Part shown: piece after piece, positions 30,039 to 39,914 of the stretch
How the letters are laid out: the number at the start of each line of letters is the position of its first letter
Numbering within the stretch: the stretch's first letter is position 1
From: an uncultured Acidobacteriota bacterium
Lineage (GTDB): Bacteria; Acidobacteriota; UBA6911
Assembly: GCA_963843575.1 (NCBI GenBank)
Contig: CAWJKZ010000019.1
Coordinates: 32,001 to 96,000, forward strand
Direction: 5' to 3'
DNA: 64,000 bases
Translations under genes and position numbers: made by a program
Notes under the pieces: generated by a model
The model's database searches: none
What the model saw: only the letters and a program-made list of their open reading frames with translations
What the model was told of the DNA's origin: nothing

Positions 30039-31091
30039 ATGCAAACCAGATTGCCGGTGGGCGTCCTGGGGGCCACGGGGGCCGTCGGACAGAAGTTCAT
30101 CAAGCTGCTGGAGAACCATCCGTGGTTCGAGGTCACCGAGGTGGCGGCGTCGGACCGCTCCGCGGGCAAGCCCTACCGCGACGCGGTGGCCTGGAAGCAG
30201 GTGACGCCGATTCCGGAAGGGGTCGCGGACCTCGAGGTGCGTCCCTGTGTTCCCGTCCTGAAGTGCCGTGTCGTGTTCTCCGGCCTGGACGCGTCCGTGG
30301 CGGGGGAGATCGAGTCCGATTTCGCCCGGGCAGGCTACGCGGTCCTGAGCAACTCCAAGAACCACCGGCTCGACCCGGACGTGCCGCTGGTCATCCCGGA
30401 GCTGAACGACGATCACCTCGCGCTCGTCGCCGTTCAGCGAAAGAAATACGGCGGGGCCGGTTACATCGTGACGAACTCGAACTGTTCGACGATGTTTCTC
30501 GCCATGGCCCTCGGCCCGCTCCACCGCGCCTTCACCGTCGAGAAGGTGTTCGTCGCAACGATGCAGGCGGTTTCCGGGGCCGGCTACCCCGGCGTGCCCT
30601 CGCTCGACATCCTGGGCAACGTCATCCCGTACATCGGCGGCGAAGAGGAGAAGATGGAGATCGAGACGCGCAAGATCCTGGGCCGCTTCAATGGGAGCGA
30701 GGTGGAGTTGGCGGACTTCGCGGTGAGCGCGCAGTGCAACCGGGTCGCGGTCGAGGACGGCCACACCGAGTCGGTCTCGGTGAAGCTCGCCCGCAAAACC
30801 AGCCTGCAGGAGATCGCGGACGTGCTGAGCAGCTTCTCCGGCCCGCCGCAGGCACTCGGCCTGCCGAGCGCCCCCGAACGCCCGCTGGTGGTGATGCGGG
30901 CGCAGGACCGGCCTCAGCCGCGCTTTGACGTGAACCACTCTCACGGCATGGCGACCCTGGTGGGCCGCATCCGGCCCTGCTCCGTGCTGGACTACAAGTT
31001 CACGGTACTCGGGCACAACACGATCCGCGGTGCCGCGGGCGCATCCATTCTCAACGCCGAGCTGCTGAAGGCTCGGGGGGACTTCGACTAA
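30039..31091 (+). CDS. asd: Aspartate-semialdehyde dehydrogenase
   Basis: GATGAVGQ, NSNCST catalytic Cys, QAVSGAG and HNTIRGAAG motifs. Confidence 0.95.
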   Translation: MQTRLPVGVLGATGAVGQKFIKLLENHPWFEVTEVAASDRSAGKPYRDAVAWKQVTPIPEGVADLEVRPCVPVLKCRVVFSGLDASVAGEIESDFARAGYAVLSNSKNHRLDPDVPLVIPELNDDHLALVAVQRKKYGGAGYIVTNSNCSTMFLAMALGPLHRAFTVEKVFVATMQAVSGAGYPGVPSLDILGNVIPYIGGEEEKMEIETRKILGRFNGSEVELADFAVSAQCNRVAVEDGHTESVSVKLARKTSLQEIADVLSSFSGPPQALGLPSAPERPLVVMRAQDRPQPRFDVNHSHGMATLVGRIRPCSVLDYKFTVLGHNTIRGAAGASILNAELLKARGDFD

Positions 31092-31094
31092 ACC

Positions 31095-32471
31095 ATGATC
31101 GTCTGCAAGTTCGGCGGGACCTCCGTCCAGGATGCCCCGGCAATGGAGCGCGTGGCCGGGATCGTCCGGTCGCGTATCGGCCAGAACCCCGTCGTGGTGG
31201 CATCCGCGATGGGCAAGACCACCAATGCCCTCCTCCACGCGGCCGAGTTGGCCGCCTCCGGGAAGCACCCGGAGGCCCTCGAGGTCCTGGGTAAGGTCCA
31301 GCAGGGGCATGTCCGGGAAGCGGAGTTGCTCGGCCTGAATCGCGATGGCGACCAAGACGTCTTCGAGGCGCTCGAGGTGTGTTTCAAGGAGATGTCCAAC
31401 ATCGTCCAGGGCCTGTGTACCCTCGGGGAACTCACCCCGCGCAGCATGGATGCCATGGCCAGCTTCGGCGAGCGGCTCTCCACCCTGATCCTGGCGCGCG
31501 CCATGGAGAGGCGCGGTATCCCCGCGCAACTCCTCGACGCCCGCAAGTTCATGGTGACCGACGAAAATTACACGCGCGCCGCCCCTCTGTTCGAGTTCAC
31601 CGACCCGGCCATCCGCGAGCACCTCCTGCCGGTGATCAAGGCGCACCGGGTGCCCGTGATCCAGGGGTTCATCGGCGCCACCCGCAAAGGGGTGACCAGC
31701 ACGATCGGGCGCGGCGGATCCGACTACACCGCCGCGATCGTGGGCGCCGCCCTGGAAGCCTACGACATCCAGATCTGGACCGACGTCGACGGCATCATGA
31801 CGACCGACCCGCGCATGGTCCCGGAGGCGCGGCGCGTGCGGGTGATCTCCTTCGACGAAGCCGCCGAACTGGCCTACTTCGGGGCTAAGGTCCTGCACCC
31901 GGCGACGATCCTCCCCGCCGTCCGCAAGAAAATCCCGGTGCACGTGCTCAACAGCTTCAAGCCCGACCACGAAGGCACCCTCATTACCGACGAGGCCCCG
32001 CAGAGCCGGAACCCGGTGAAGTCGATCGCCTGCAAGAAGGGGATCACGATCATCAACATCACCTCTACCCGGATGCTGATGGCCCACGGGTTCCTGCGCA
32101 CGATCTTCGAGACGTTTGACAAATACAGGGTGCCCGTGGATGTCGTGTCCACCTCCGAGGTGAGCGTCTCGCTTACCGTGGACGAGACCTCCCGCCTGTG
32201 GGATATTGTGACGGACCTGAAGAAGGTCGGCGAGGTCAACGTCGATGGGGGCAAGGCAATCGTGTGCTGCGTCGGCGACAACCTGCGGGGAATCCCCGGC
32301 ATCGCCTCCCAGGCCTTCAGCGCGGCGAGTGACGTCAACGTGCACATGATTTCGCAGGGCGCGTCCGCCATCAACATCACCTTCGTCATTGACGAAGACC
32401 AGCTGCCCCGCGTCGTGCGCGGCCTGCACGACGTCTTCTTCCAGAGCATCGACCCGCTGATATTCGAATAG
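31095..32471 (+). CDS. lysC: Aspartate kinase (lysine-sensitive type, two ACT domains)
   Basis: KFGGTSV, GRGGSDYTA, WTDVDG and GAKVLHP motifs. Confidence 0.95.
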   Translation: MIVCKFGGTSVQDAPAMERVAGIVRSRIGQNPVVVASAMGKTTNALLHAAELAASGKHPEALEVLGKVQQGHVREAELLGLNRDGDQDVFEALEVCFKEMSNIVQGLCTLGELTPRSMDAMASFGERLSTLILARAMERRGIPAQLLDARKFMVTDENYTRAAPLFEFTDPAIREHLLPVIKAHRVPVIQGFIGATRKGVTSTIGRGGSDYTAAIVGAALEAYDIQIWTDVDGIMTTDPRMVPEARRVRVISFDEAAELAYFGAKVLHPATILPAVRKKIPVHVLNSFKPDHEGTLITDEAPQSRNPVKSIACKKGITIINITSTRMLMAHGFLRTIFETFDKYRVPVDVVSTSEVSVSLTVDETSRLWDIVTDLKKVGEVNVDGGKAIVCCVGDNLRGIPGIASQAFSAASDVNVHMISQGASAINITFVIDEDQLPRVVRGLHDVFFQSIDPLIFE

Positions 32472-32482
32472 GAGGGCTTCCC

Positions 32483-33184
32483 GTGAGAATCGCGCTGATC
32501 GGTTATGGCAAGATGGGGAGGCTGGTGGAATCGGTGGCCCTGCGCGAGGGGTGGGAAGTCAGCCCGAAGCTCGACGTCGCCGAAAACCCCGGTGGGGCCG
32601 GGATCACACGCGAGTCTATGGAGGGGGTCGACGTCGCCGTCGATTTCTCGCAACCTGACGCGGTCGTGGCCAATGTCGAGGCGGCGGCGCGCGCGGGGGT
32701 GAACCTCGTGATCGGCGCCACCGGCTGGAACCACGAGCGCGGCCGCGTGGAGAAGACCGTTCTGGAATCCGGCATCGGGCTCGTGCACGCCTCCAATTTT
32801 TCGGTTGGAATGAACCTGTTTTTCGCCATCGTGAGCCGGGCGGCCCAGGTGATAGGCAAGCTGCCGCAGTACGATCCCTTCATGCTCGAGGAGCACCACC
32901 GGGCCAAGGTGGACTCCCCGTCGGGCACCGCCCTGAGTCTCCTCGAGGCGATGCGCCCGTATCTGAACCGCCCCGACCTCTCCATCGCCAGCATCCGGGC
33001 CGGGCACATCCCGGGCAACCACCTGGTCGGTTTCGACAGCGAGGCGGACACGATCGTGCTGGAGCACCGGGCGCGCAACCGGCAGGGATTCGCCGAGGGG
33101 GCCATTCTGGCCGCGCGTTGGATCTCCGACAAGAAAGGGTTCTACGACTTCCGCGATGTCTTCAAAGAAATCCTGGGCCTCTGA
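32483..33184 (+). CDS. dapB: 4-hydroxy-tetrahydrodipicolinate reductase
   Basis: GYGKMG, DFS, NFSVG and EEHHRAKVDSPSGTA motifs. Confidence 0.93.
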   Translation: MRIALIGYGKMGRLVESVALREGWEVSPKLDVAENPGGAGITRESMEGVDVAVDFSQPDAVVANVEAAARAGVNLVIGATGWNHERGRVEKTVLESGIGLVHASNFSVGMNLFFAIVSRAAQVIGKLPQYDPFMLEEHHRAKVDSPSGTALSLLEAMRPYLNRPDLSIASIRAGHIPGNHLVGFDSEADTIVLEHRARNRQGFAEGAILAARWISDKKGFYDFRDVFKEILGL

Positions 33185-33208
33185 GGCGCGGGTACGCGAG
33201 GTGCGACG

Positions 33209-34099
33209 ATGACGCGATTGGATCAGCTACGGGGTTGCGGCACCGCCATGATCACCCCGTTCAATCCGGACGGCAGCCTCGACCTGACGGCCCTCCGGGC
33301 GTTTGTCGACTGGCAGATCCGCGAAGGGATCCATTTCCTGGTCCCCTGCGGCACGACCGGCGAGAGTGTCACGCTCGAACACGACGAGTACGTCGCCGTC
33401 GTGCGGACGACGGTCGAGGCCGCCGCCGGCCGCGTGCCGGTCCTGGCGGGCGCGGGGGGGAACAACACCGCCAGGGTGACCGCACTGATGCGGGAACTGG
33501 CAGCGTGCGGCGTCGACGGCTTCCTCTCGGTCTCTCCCTATTACAACAAGCCGACGCAGGAAGGCATCTACCAGCACTTCCGGGCAGTCGCCGGCGCGAC
33601 ACCGTTGCCGGTCATCGTCTACAACGTGCCGGGGCGGACGGGTTCGAACATCCTCCCCGACACGTTGATGCGGCTGGCGGAAATCCCGAACATACTCGGG
33701 GTCAAGGAGGCCAGCGGCGACATCCTGCAGATCGGGGAAATCTGCACCCGCGCCCCCGGGACTTTCCGAGTGCTGTCGGGCGATGACGCGCTGACCCTGC
33801 CAGTGGTCGCCCTGGGGGGGCACGGAATCATCTCGGTGGCTTCGAACGAAGCCCCCGGCATGATGTCCCGCTTTGTCACCGCCTGCCTGGAAGGCCGCTG
33901 GGACGAGGCGCGGGACTGGAACCGGCGCCTGTACCCATTGATGAGGGTCAACTTTATCGAGACCAGCCCCATACCGGTCAAGGCCGGTGTCGCGATGACG
34001 GGTCGCATCCACGAGGTGTACCGTCTTCCGCTGGTCCCGATATCTGCGGCTGCCCGCGAAAAGCTCGCGCGCGTCCTGAGGGACCTGGGGCTCCTGTAG
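33209..34099 (+). CDS. dapA: 4-hydroxy-tetrahydrodipicolinate synthase
   Basis: GTTGE, PYYNKP, YNVPGRT and GVKEAS Schiff-base Lys motifs. Confidence 0.95.
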   Translation: MTRLDQLRGCGTAMITPFNPDGSLDLTALRAFVDWQIREGIHFLVPCGTTGESVTLEHDEYVAVVRTTVEAAAGRVPVLAGAGGNNTARVTALMRELAACGVDGFLSVSPYYNKPTQEGIYQHFRAVAGATPLPVIVYNVPGRTGSNILPDTLMRLAEIPNILGVKEASGDILQIGEICTRAPGTFRVLSGDDALTLPVVALGGHGIISVASNEAPGMMSRFVTACLEGRWDEARDWNRRLYPLMRVNFIETSPIPVKAGVAMTGRIHEVYRLPLVPISAAAREKLARVLRDLGLL

Positions 34100-34107
34100 C
34101 GGGAATA

Positions 34108-34238
34108 TGGAGTGCGGCGGCTCGACGCCGCTTTGGGGGCGGCGCCTGGGCGCCGCCTCACGCGGGTAAGGCGCCAAGGCGCCGGGTGTTTCGGCCTTAG
34201 GGACATAAAGGAAAGCGGCGCCAAGGCGCCGCACTCCA
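34108..34238. repeat. REP-like inverted doublet (REPIN-like), family B, copy 2
   Basis: tggagtgcggcggctcgacgccgcttt (34108-34134) and the inverted aaagcggcgccaaggcgccgcactcca (34212-34238) between dapA and dapD. Confidence 0.85.
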
Positions 34239-34239
34239 C

Positions 34240-35076
34240 ATGAGTGAACTCGAGCGGCGCATCCGGGAGCTTTACGACAGAGAGCCTGCCGCGGGCTACG
34301 GCGCGGAGGATTTCGAGCTGTTTGCGGAGTTCAAGGCCGCGCTGAATCGCGGCGAGGTGCGGGCGGCGAGCCCGGAGGGGGACTCCTGGCGCGTGCAGGC
34401 CTGGGTCAAGCAGGGCATCCTGCTCGGGTTCCGGATGGGCTCGCTCCAGGACTGTTCGATCGACGACCGTTTCCGTTTTTTTGACAAGAGCACCTTCCCC
34501 CTCAAGACCCTGCGTCTCGACGACGGCGTTCGGTTGGTCCCAGGCGGGTCCTCGATCCGCGACGGCGCCCACGTGGCGCGCAACGTCACCTGCATGCCGC
34601 CGATGTACATTAACGTCGGCGCCTATGTCGACGAGGGGACGATGGTGGATTCGCACGCGCTCGTCGGGTCGTGCGCCCAGGTGGGGAAACGCGTCCACCT
34701 CAGCGCGGCGAGCCAGATCGGGGGCGTGCTGGAGCCCGTCGGCGCGCTTCCGGTCATCATAGAAGACGACGTGCTGGTCGGGGGGAATTGCGGCGTGTAC
34801 GAGGGAACGATCGTGCGGGCCGGGGCCGTCCTCGGGGCCGGCACCATCCTGACCGGGGGCACGCCGGTCTACGACCTGGCGCGGGAAACGGTCTATCGCC
34901 GCCGGGGGACCGAGCCTCTCGAAGTGCCGCCCGGAGCCGTCGTCGTCCCGGGCGCGCGCTCTCTTTCGCACCCCTGGGCGCAGTCCATGGGGCTGTCCAT
35001 CTACACTCCCATCATCATCAAGTACCGCGACAGCAAGACGGAAGGGAGTGTCCGGCTGGAAGATCTCTTGCGATGA
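34240..35076 (+). CDS. dapD: Tetrahydrodipicolinate N-succinyltransferase
   Basis: WVKQGILLGFR, FFDK, VNVGAYVDEGTMVDSHALVGSCAQ-type hexapeptide repeats and GGVLEP. Confidence 0.93.
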   Translation: MSELERRIRELYDREPAAGYGAEDFELFAEFKAALNRGEVRAASPEGDSWRVQAWVKQGILLGFRMGSLQDCSIDDRFRFFDKSTFPLKTLRLDDGVRLVPGGSSIRDGAHVARNVTCMPPMYINVGAYVDEGTMVDSHALVGSCAQVGKRVHLSAASQIGGVLEPVGALPVIIEDDVLVGGNCGVYEGTIVRAGAVLGAGTILTGGTPVYDLARETVYRRRGTEPLEVPPGAVVVPGARSLSHPWAQSMGLSIYTPIIIKYRDSKTEGSVRLEDLLR

Positions 35077-35100
35077 TCCGTTGCGACGATGAGGTTCGCC

Positions 35101-36402
35101 ATGGCGCTTGTTTACCCGTTCAAAGCTTTCCGCTTCAACCTGGCGAAGGTCGGCGACCTGAACGCGGTCGTCACCCAGCCCTACGACAAGATCCCCGCAG
35201 GCCTTCAAGAACAGTACTACGCCCGCTCGCCCCACAATATCGTGCGCATTACGCGCAACCGGGAGAAGAACGATAACCCCGAGACCGACTACCCCGATGC
35301 CGGCCGGATCCTGGAGCGCTGGCTGGCCGAGGGGGTGCTCCTCCAGGACCCCTCACCCGCGATCTATGCCTACTACCAGGACTACGAGATCGACGGCGAG
35401 CCCAGGACGCAGAAGGGATTCGTCGCCCTGCTCGACCTGAAACACTCGGCCGGCGGGATACTGCCGCACGAGCGCACGCTGGCCGAGCCGAAGATGGACC
35501 GCCTCCGCCTGATGCGCCGCACCCGGTGCAACGAGGACATGATCTACATGCTCTATACCGACGACCGCCTCGCCGTCAACCGGCTGCTCGACGAGACCGC
35601 CGGCGCCCGAGCACCGGAGCTCGATGTCCGGGACGACTTCGGCGCTCGACACCGCCTCTGGGCGATTACCGAGCCCAAGACGCTCAAGCCCATCGGCGAT
35701 GCCATGGTTCCGGAGGAACTCTTCATCGCGGACGGACACCACCGCTTCGAAACGTCCATGAATTTCATGAAGGAGTGCGGGGCCCAGGGCAGGAAGCCCG
35801 CCGCGCTCGAGTCGTTCGACAAGCGCCTTGTGGCCTGCTTCAACAGCGCCGACCAGGGGACCACGATCCTTCCGACCCACCGTCTCGTCCGTGGCGTTCC
35901 CGGTTTCCGGTCCACGACCTTTCTCAAGCTGGCGCAACAGTATTTCGAAGTCGAAACGCTTGGCTCCGCGGATCAGCTGTGGGAGCGGATGAAGCTGGGG
36001 GCCCAGGTAAACCACGTCTTCGGGTTCTTTCCCGCCGACACCGGGCGGTTCCACCTCCTCAGCCTGCGGGAGGAGGCGAAAATCGATCCCCTGATGCTGG
36101 CACACCCGGAAGCGTACAGGCACCTCGACGTGAGCATACTCCACACGCTCGTGCTGGATCGCTTCCTCGGCATCGACGAGGCGAAACTCGTCGCGCAGGA
36201 GAACGTCGACTATTTCCGAGACCGGCAGGAGTGCCTGCGCGAAGTCCGGGAACGGCGGTACCAGGCGGCCTTCTTCCTCAACCCGACCACCGTCGAACAA
36301 ATGCAGCGCATCGCGCTGCTCGGCGAACGCATGCCACAGAAATCGACCGATTTCTTCCCGAAACTCCTCACCGGCCTCGTCCTGATGAAAATGGAGATGT
36401 GA
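35101..36402 (+). CDS. DUF1015 family protein
   Basis: V.TQPYD.I, PHERT, IADGHHR and MPQKSTDFFPKLLTG motifs. Confidence 0.88.
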   Translation: MALVYPFKAFRFNLAKVGDLNAVVTQPYDKIPAGLQEQYYARSPHNIVRITRNREKNDNPETDYPDAGRILERWLAEGVLLQDPSPAIYAYYQDYEIDGEPRTQKGFVALLDLKHSAGGILPHERTLAEPKMDRLRLMRRTRCNEDMIYMLYTDDRLAVNRLLDETAGARAPELDVRDDFGARHRLWAITEPKTLKPIGDAMVPEELFIADGHHRFETSMNFMKECGAQGRKPAALESFDKRLVACFNSADQGTTILPTHRLVRGVPGFRSTTFLKLAQQYFEVETLGSADQLWERMKLGAQVNHVFGFFPADTGRFHLLSLREEAKIDPLMLAHPEAYRHLDVSILHTLVLDRFLGIDEAKLVAQENVDYFRDRQECLREVRERRYQAAFFLNPTTVEQMQRIALLGERMPQKSTDFFPKLLTGLVLMKMEM

Positions 36403-36444
36403 AAAGCGGGCGGAGCCCGCTGCGGATTCCCGACTCGACGCACT

Positions 36445-37995
36445 CTACGACTGCACTTCCGAGATGGCCTTGGCCTGGGTGAAGAGCAGCAGGTAATCGC
36501 GCCCCCCCGCTTTCGAGTCGGTCCCGCTCATGTTGAACCCTCCGAACGGGTGCACGCCCACCAGCGCGCCGGTGCATTTCCGGTTGATGTACAGGTTGCC
36601 GACGTGGCATTCGGCGATCGCGCGCTCGATGTGCTCGCGGTCGTTTGAGTAGACCGAGCCGGTCAGCCCGTATTCCGTGTCGTTGGCGATCCGGATCGCC
36701 TGATCCAGGCTCGAAGCCTTGATGACCGCCAGCACGGGGCCGAAAATCTCCTGCTGGGCGATGGTCGCCTTCGGGTCGACGTCCGCGATCACGGTCGGGT
36801 TGATGAAAAAGCCGTTCCCCGGCGCGGGTTCCCCGCCCGCGAGCAGGCGCCCGTCGAGCCTGCCCTGCTCGATGTAGCCGAGGATGGTGTCCATCGCGCC
36901 CTGGTTGATCACCGGCCCCATGTAAACCGACGGGTCGGTTGTGGCCCCGACCGTGATCTTTCCGGTCTGCTCGACCAGTTTCTCGAGGAAGGCGTCGTAG
37001 ACCTTCTCGTGCACGATTGCCCGCGAGCAGGCGGAGCATTTCTGACCCTGGAATCCGAATGCGCTCGCCACGACCCCCTTGACCGCGGCGTCGAGGTTTG
37101 CCCCCTCGTCGACGATGATGAAGTCCTTGCCCCCCATTTCCGCGATGACGCGTTTGATCCAGATCTGGCCACGGCGCGGTCTGGCCGCCTCCTCGTTGAT
37201 GTGAAGCCCGACCTCCTTGGAACCTGTGAAGGCGACGAAGCGCGTGAGCGGGTGTTGCACGATCGTATTTCCCACGACACCCCCGCCGCCGGTGACGTAG
37301 TTGACCACACCGGGGGGGAGACCGGCGTTCTCCAGGATCTCCATGAAGAACGCGGCGATCGCCGGAGCGTCCGATGACGGCTTGAGGACCACCGTGTTTC
37401 CGGTGACGAGCGCGGCGGTCGTCATTCCGGCCATGATCGCGGAGGGGAAGTTCCACGGGGGGATCACTCCGCCGACCCCGAGCGGGATGTACTTCAGCTG
37501 GTTCTTCTCGCCGGGGTAAGGGGTCAGCGGTTGCGGGCCGGCATAGCGCAGCGCCTCGCGCGCGTAGAACTCGCAGAAATCGATCGCCTCGGCCGTGTCC
37601 GCGTCTGCCTCGGCCCACGACTTGCCCACTTCGAGGATCATCCAGGCGTTGTTTTCGAATCGCCTGGACCGCAGCGCTGCGGCCGCCCGGAACAGGACGT
37701 CCGCCCTATCGCGCGCCGGGACCCTTTTCCACGACTCGAAGGTGCGGGCCGCCAACTCGACGGCCAGGGTCGCCTGTTCGGCCGTCGCGCTCTGGAAGAT
37801 CCCGACAACCTGTTTCCTGTTACCCGGGTTGATGGACGCAAACGTCTTGGGCGCCTTCAGCCGCTCCGACCCGACGATCAGGTCGTACTCGCGCCCGAGC
37901 CGGCCCTCGACAAGTTCGAGCGCCTCCTGCTGCTTATTCCGGTTGGAATCGACCGTGAAATCCAGCACCGGTTCATTCCTGAAGTCGTCTGCCAT
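36445..37995 (-). CDS. pruA: L-glutamate gamma-semialdehyde (P5C) dehydrogenase
   Basis: FRNEP start, PWNFP, EMGGK, FQGQKCSACS, EIFGP and PFGGFNMSGTDSKAGG motifs. Confidence 0.92.
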   Translation of the reverse strand: MADDFRNEPVLDFTVDSNRNKQQEALELVEGRLGREYDLIVGSERLKAPKTFASINPGNRKQVVGIFQSATAEQATLAVELAARTFESWKRVPARDRADVLFRAAAALRSRRFENNAWMILEVGKSWAEADADTAEAIDFCEFYAREALRYAGPQPLTPYPGEKNQLKYIPLGVGGVIPPWNFPSAIMAGMTTAALVTGNTVVLKPSSDAPAIAAFFMEILENAGLPPGVVNYVTGGGGVVGNTIVQHPLTRFVAFTGSKEVGLHINEEAARPRRGQIWIKRVIAEMGGKDFIIVDEGANLDAAVKGVVASAFGFQGQKCSACSRAIVHEKVYDAFLEKLVEQTGKITVGATTDPSVYMGPVINQGAMDTILGYIEQGRLDGRLLAGGEPAPGNGFFINPTVIADVDPKATIAQQEIFGPVLAVIKASSLDQAIRIANDTEYGLTGSVYSNDREHIERAIAECHVGNLYINRKCTGALVGVHPFGGFNMSGTDSKAGGRDYLLLFTQAKAISEVQS

Positions 37996-38044
37996 CGAGC
38001 TCTCCTTGTCCGAGCGCGATGATAGCACAGGCCCTACCGGACTG

Positions 38045-38072
38045 GTGGGCCGCGGCGGCTCGACGCGGCCCC
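38045..38072. repeat. REP-like palindrome, family A, copy 3
   Basis: gtgggccgcggcggctcgacgcggcccc in a divergent intergenic region. Confidence 0.7.
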
Positions 38073-38150
38073 GGTCTGGATCCGCGGCTGCAGCCCATTC
38101 GGGGCGGGGAGGGACCCGCCCACTTTGTGCTAGACTGCCGGCGGGTTGCC

Positions 38151-39878
38151 ATGGACCGTAACCAGAATTATCTCGTGCTCGCGTCGATCGGCGTCGTCGT
38201 GCTGGCCTGGGCCGCGGCCCCGCTCCTTGCGCCCAGGCTCCCAGTGGGGCCGCCTCTTTCCCAGGCCGCCCTCGTCTTCGACGCGTCGCAGGCTTTTGCC
38301 AGAACCTCGGAGTTTGTGACCCGGAACCCGCGGCGCGTCATGGGCAGCCTCGAATCCAGGCAGTCGAGCGGCTACATCCAGCAGTGTCTGCGCGCCCTCG
38401 GGTACGACGTCAACTACCTGCATTTTGAAGACGTGATCGCCGGCAGGAAACAGGTCGGCCGGAATGTGCTCGCGTTGAAACCGGGACGGGACCGGCGGAT
38501 CGTGGCAGTGGTGGCGCATTACGACACGACCGCCACCACGGTCCAGGGAGCCATGGACAACGGCTCGGGGGTCGGCGTCCTGCTGGAACTGGCGCGCGTG
38601 TTTGCCTCGACCCCGACCAACCACGGCATCCTCTTTGTGGCCACCGACGGCGAGGAGTGGGGCATGCTCGGGGCCGCGGATTTCGCCCGGCACTACCCCG
38701 GGAAAGAGAATATCGCTGCCGCACTCTCGCTCGACTACGTGGCCGTCGGGGCGTTGGCGGAACTTCAGCTTGCCACGTCCGGCCAATTCCGGGGCTACAC
38801 CGCCCCATGGCTCCGGGACGTGGCGCGCCGGGCGATACGGGCGGAAAATCTTGCCGTTGCCGAGCCCGCGGGCGTGGAAGAGCACCTCGAACGCGCCTTC
38901 CTCCTGTCCTGGGCGGACCAGGGACCTCTGCTGGCAGAGGGTATTCAGGCAATCAACCTTGGGAGCGCGTCCGAGGACAGGGCGCGAGAATACGCCGTCT
39001 ACCACTCGGCAAACGACCGCATCGACAACCTCCGCCCGGAGAGTTTTTCCGCGTTCGGCCGGGCTGCGGAGCGGATCCTGCGCACCCTCGACGAGGTTCA
39101 GGAGCCCCCAAGCCAGCCTCCCGAGTACTTCCGGGTCAGGGAAGGGGTTTTTCTCTCGGGCGGTGTCGTCGGTTTTCTGCACCTGCTCGCGTTCGTGCCG
39201 CTGGGGGTCGCCCTCGCGTGCTGTGCCCTGAACCATGGGCGGCACGTGACGTTGCGCGTGGTGCAGCGAGAGGTACTGACGACCTTCGCCACGCTGCTGC
39301 CGTTTCTGCTCTTTTACTGGACGATCCTCGCGTCTCGGGGCCTGCGACTCCTGCCCCGTTACGCCCTCTACCCGGCGGCCCCGAAGGATCCCATCCTGGA
39401 GCACCCTCACTGGGGCGTGCTGGCCGGGGGCGTGGCTCTCGCAGCCGCGGCGGCGGTCGCCCTGTATTTCGGGCTCCGGTACCTGACCCGGTCGCTGCCC
39501 CGCCCGGATTTCCACCTGGCGAAGCTCATCCTGCTTGCTCTTTTCCTGGTTGTCTGCCTCGGGGCGCTCTCGTACAACGCCTACTGGGCGGCCTCGTTCG
39601 TCTTGCTGCCTGCCTGGTTCTGGGCGATCACCGGCCCCGGCGACAGTCCCGGCGGGCGGGCGGCCAATCGCATCTGGATCGCATCGGCGGGCATCGTCTA
39701 TTACCTGGTGAGCGTCGACTATGCGGTGCGCTTCGGACTGGGCTGGAAGCTGGTGTGGTACGAGGTGCTCGCGCTCAGTACCGGGATGTTTTCCTTGACC
39801 GGATACCTGCTGGGCGCGCTCGTCTGCACCCTGGGTATCCGCTTCATTGTCATCCAGTCCCTGCCGCGCTCGGGGTGA
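38151..39878 (+). CDS. M28 family peptidase with C-terminal multi-pass membrane domain
   Basis: AHYD, GAMDNGSG, DGEEWG and YHSAND motifs; about 7 hydrophobic helices at the C-terminus. Confidence 0.85.
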   Translation: MDRNQNYLVLASIGVVVLAWAAAPLLAPRLPVGPPLSQAALVFDASQAFARTSEFVTRNPRRVMGSLESRQSSGYIQQCLRALGYDVNYLHFEDVIAGRKQVGRNVLALKPGRDRRIVAVVAHYDTTATTVQGAMDNGSGVGVLLELARVFASTPTNHGILFVATDGEEWGMLGAADFARHYPGKENIAAALSLDYVAVGALAELQLATSGQFRGYTAPWLRDVARRAIRAENLAVAEPAGVEEHLERAFLLSWADQGPLLAEGIQAINLGSASEDRAREYAVYHSANDRIDNLRPESFSAFGRAAERILRTLDEVQEPPSQPPEYFRVREGVFLSGGVVGFLHLLAFVPLGVALACCALNHGRHVTLRVVQREVLTTFATLLPFLLFYWTILASRGLRLLPRYALYPAAPKDPILEHPHWGVLAGGVALAAAAAVALYFGLRYLTRSLPRPDFHLAKLILLALFLVVCLGALSYNAYWAASFVLLPAWFWAITGPGDSPGGRAANRIWIASAGIVYYLVSVDYAVRFGLGWKLVWYEVLALSTGMFSLTGYLLGALVCTLGIRFIVIQSLPRSG

Positions 39879-39914
39879 TCCTCAAGGTTCTTTAAACGCT
39901 CAAAGGATCTCGAT

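Noticed and set aside
15901-32429. Very long alternative-frame ORFs (e.g. 15901-18573, 21204-23966, 30027-32429)
   Set aside because: They overlap well-supported genes, are Arg/Gly/Pro-rich or antisense, and are expected at this GC content.
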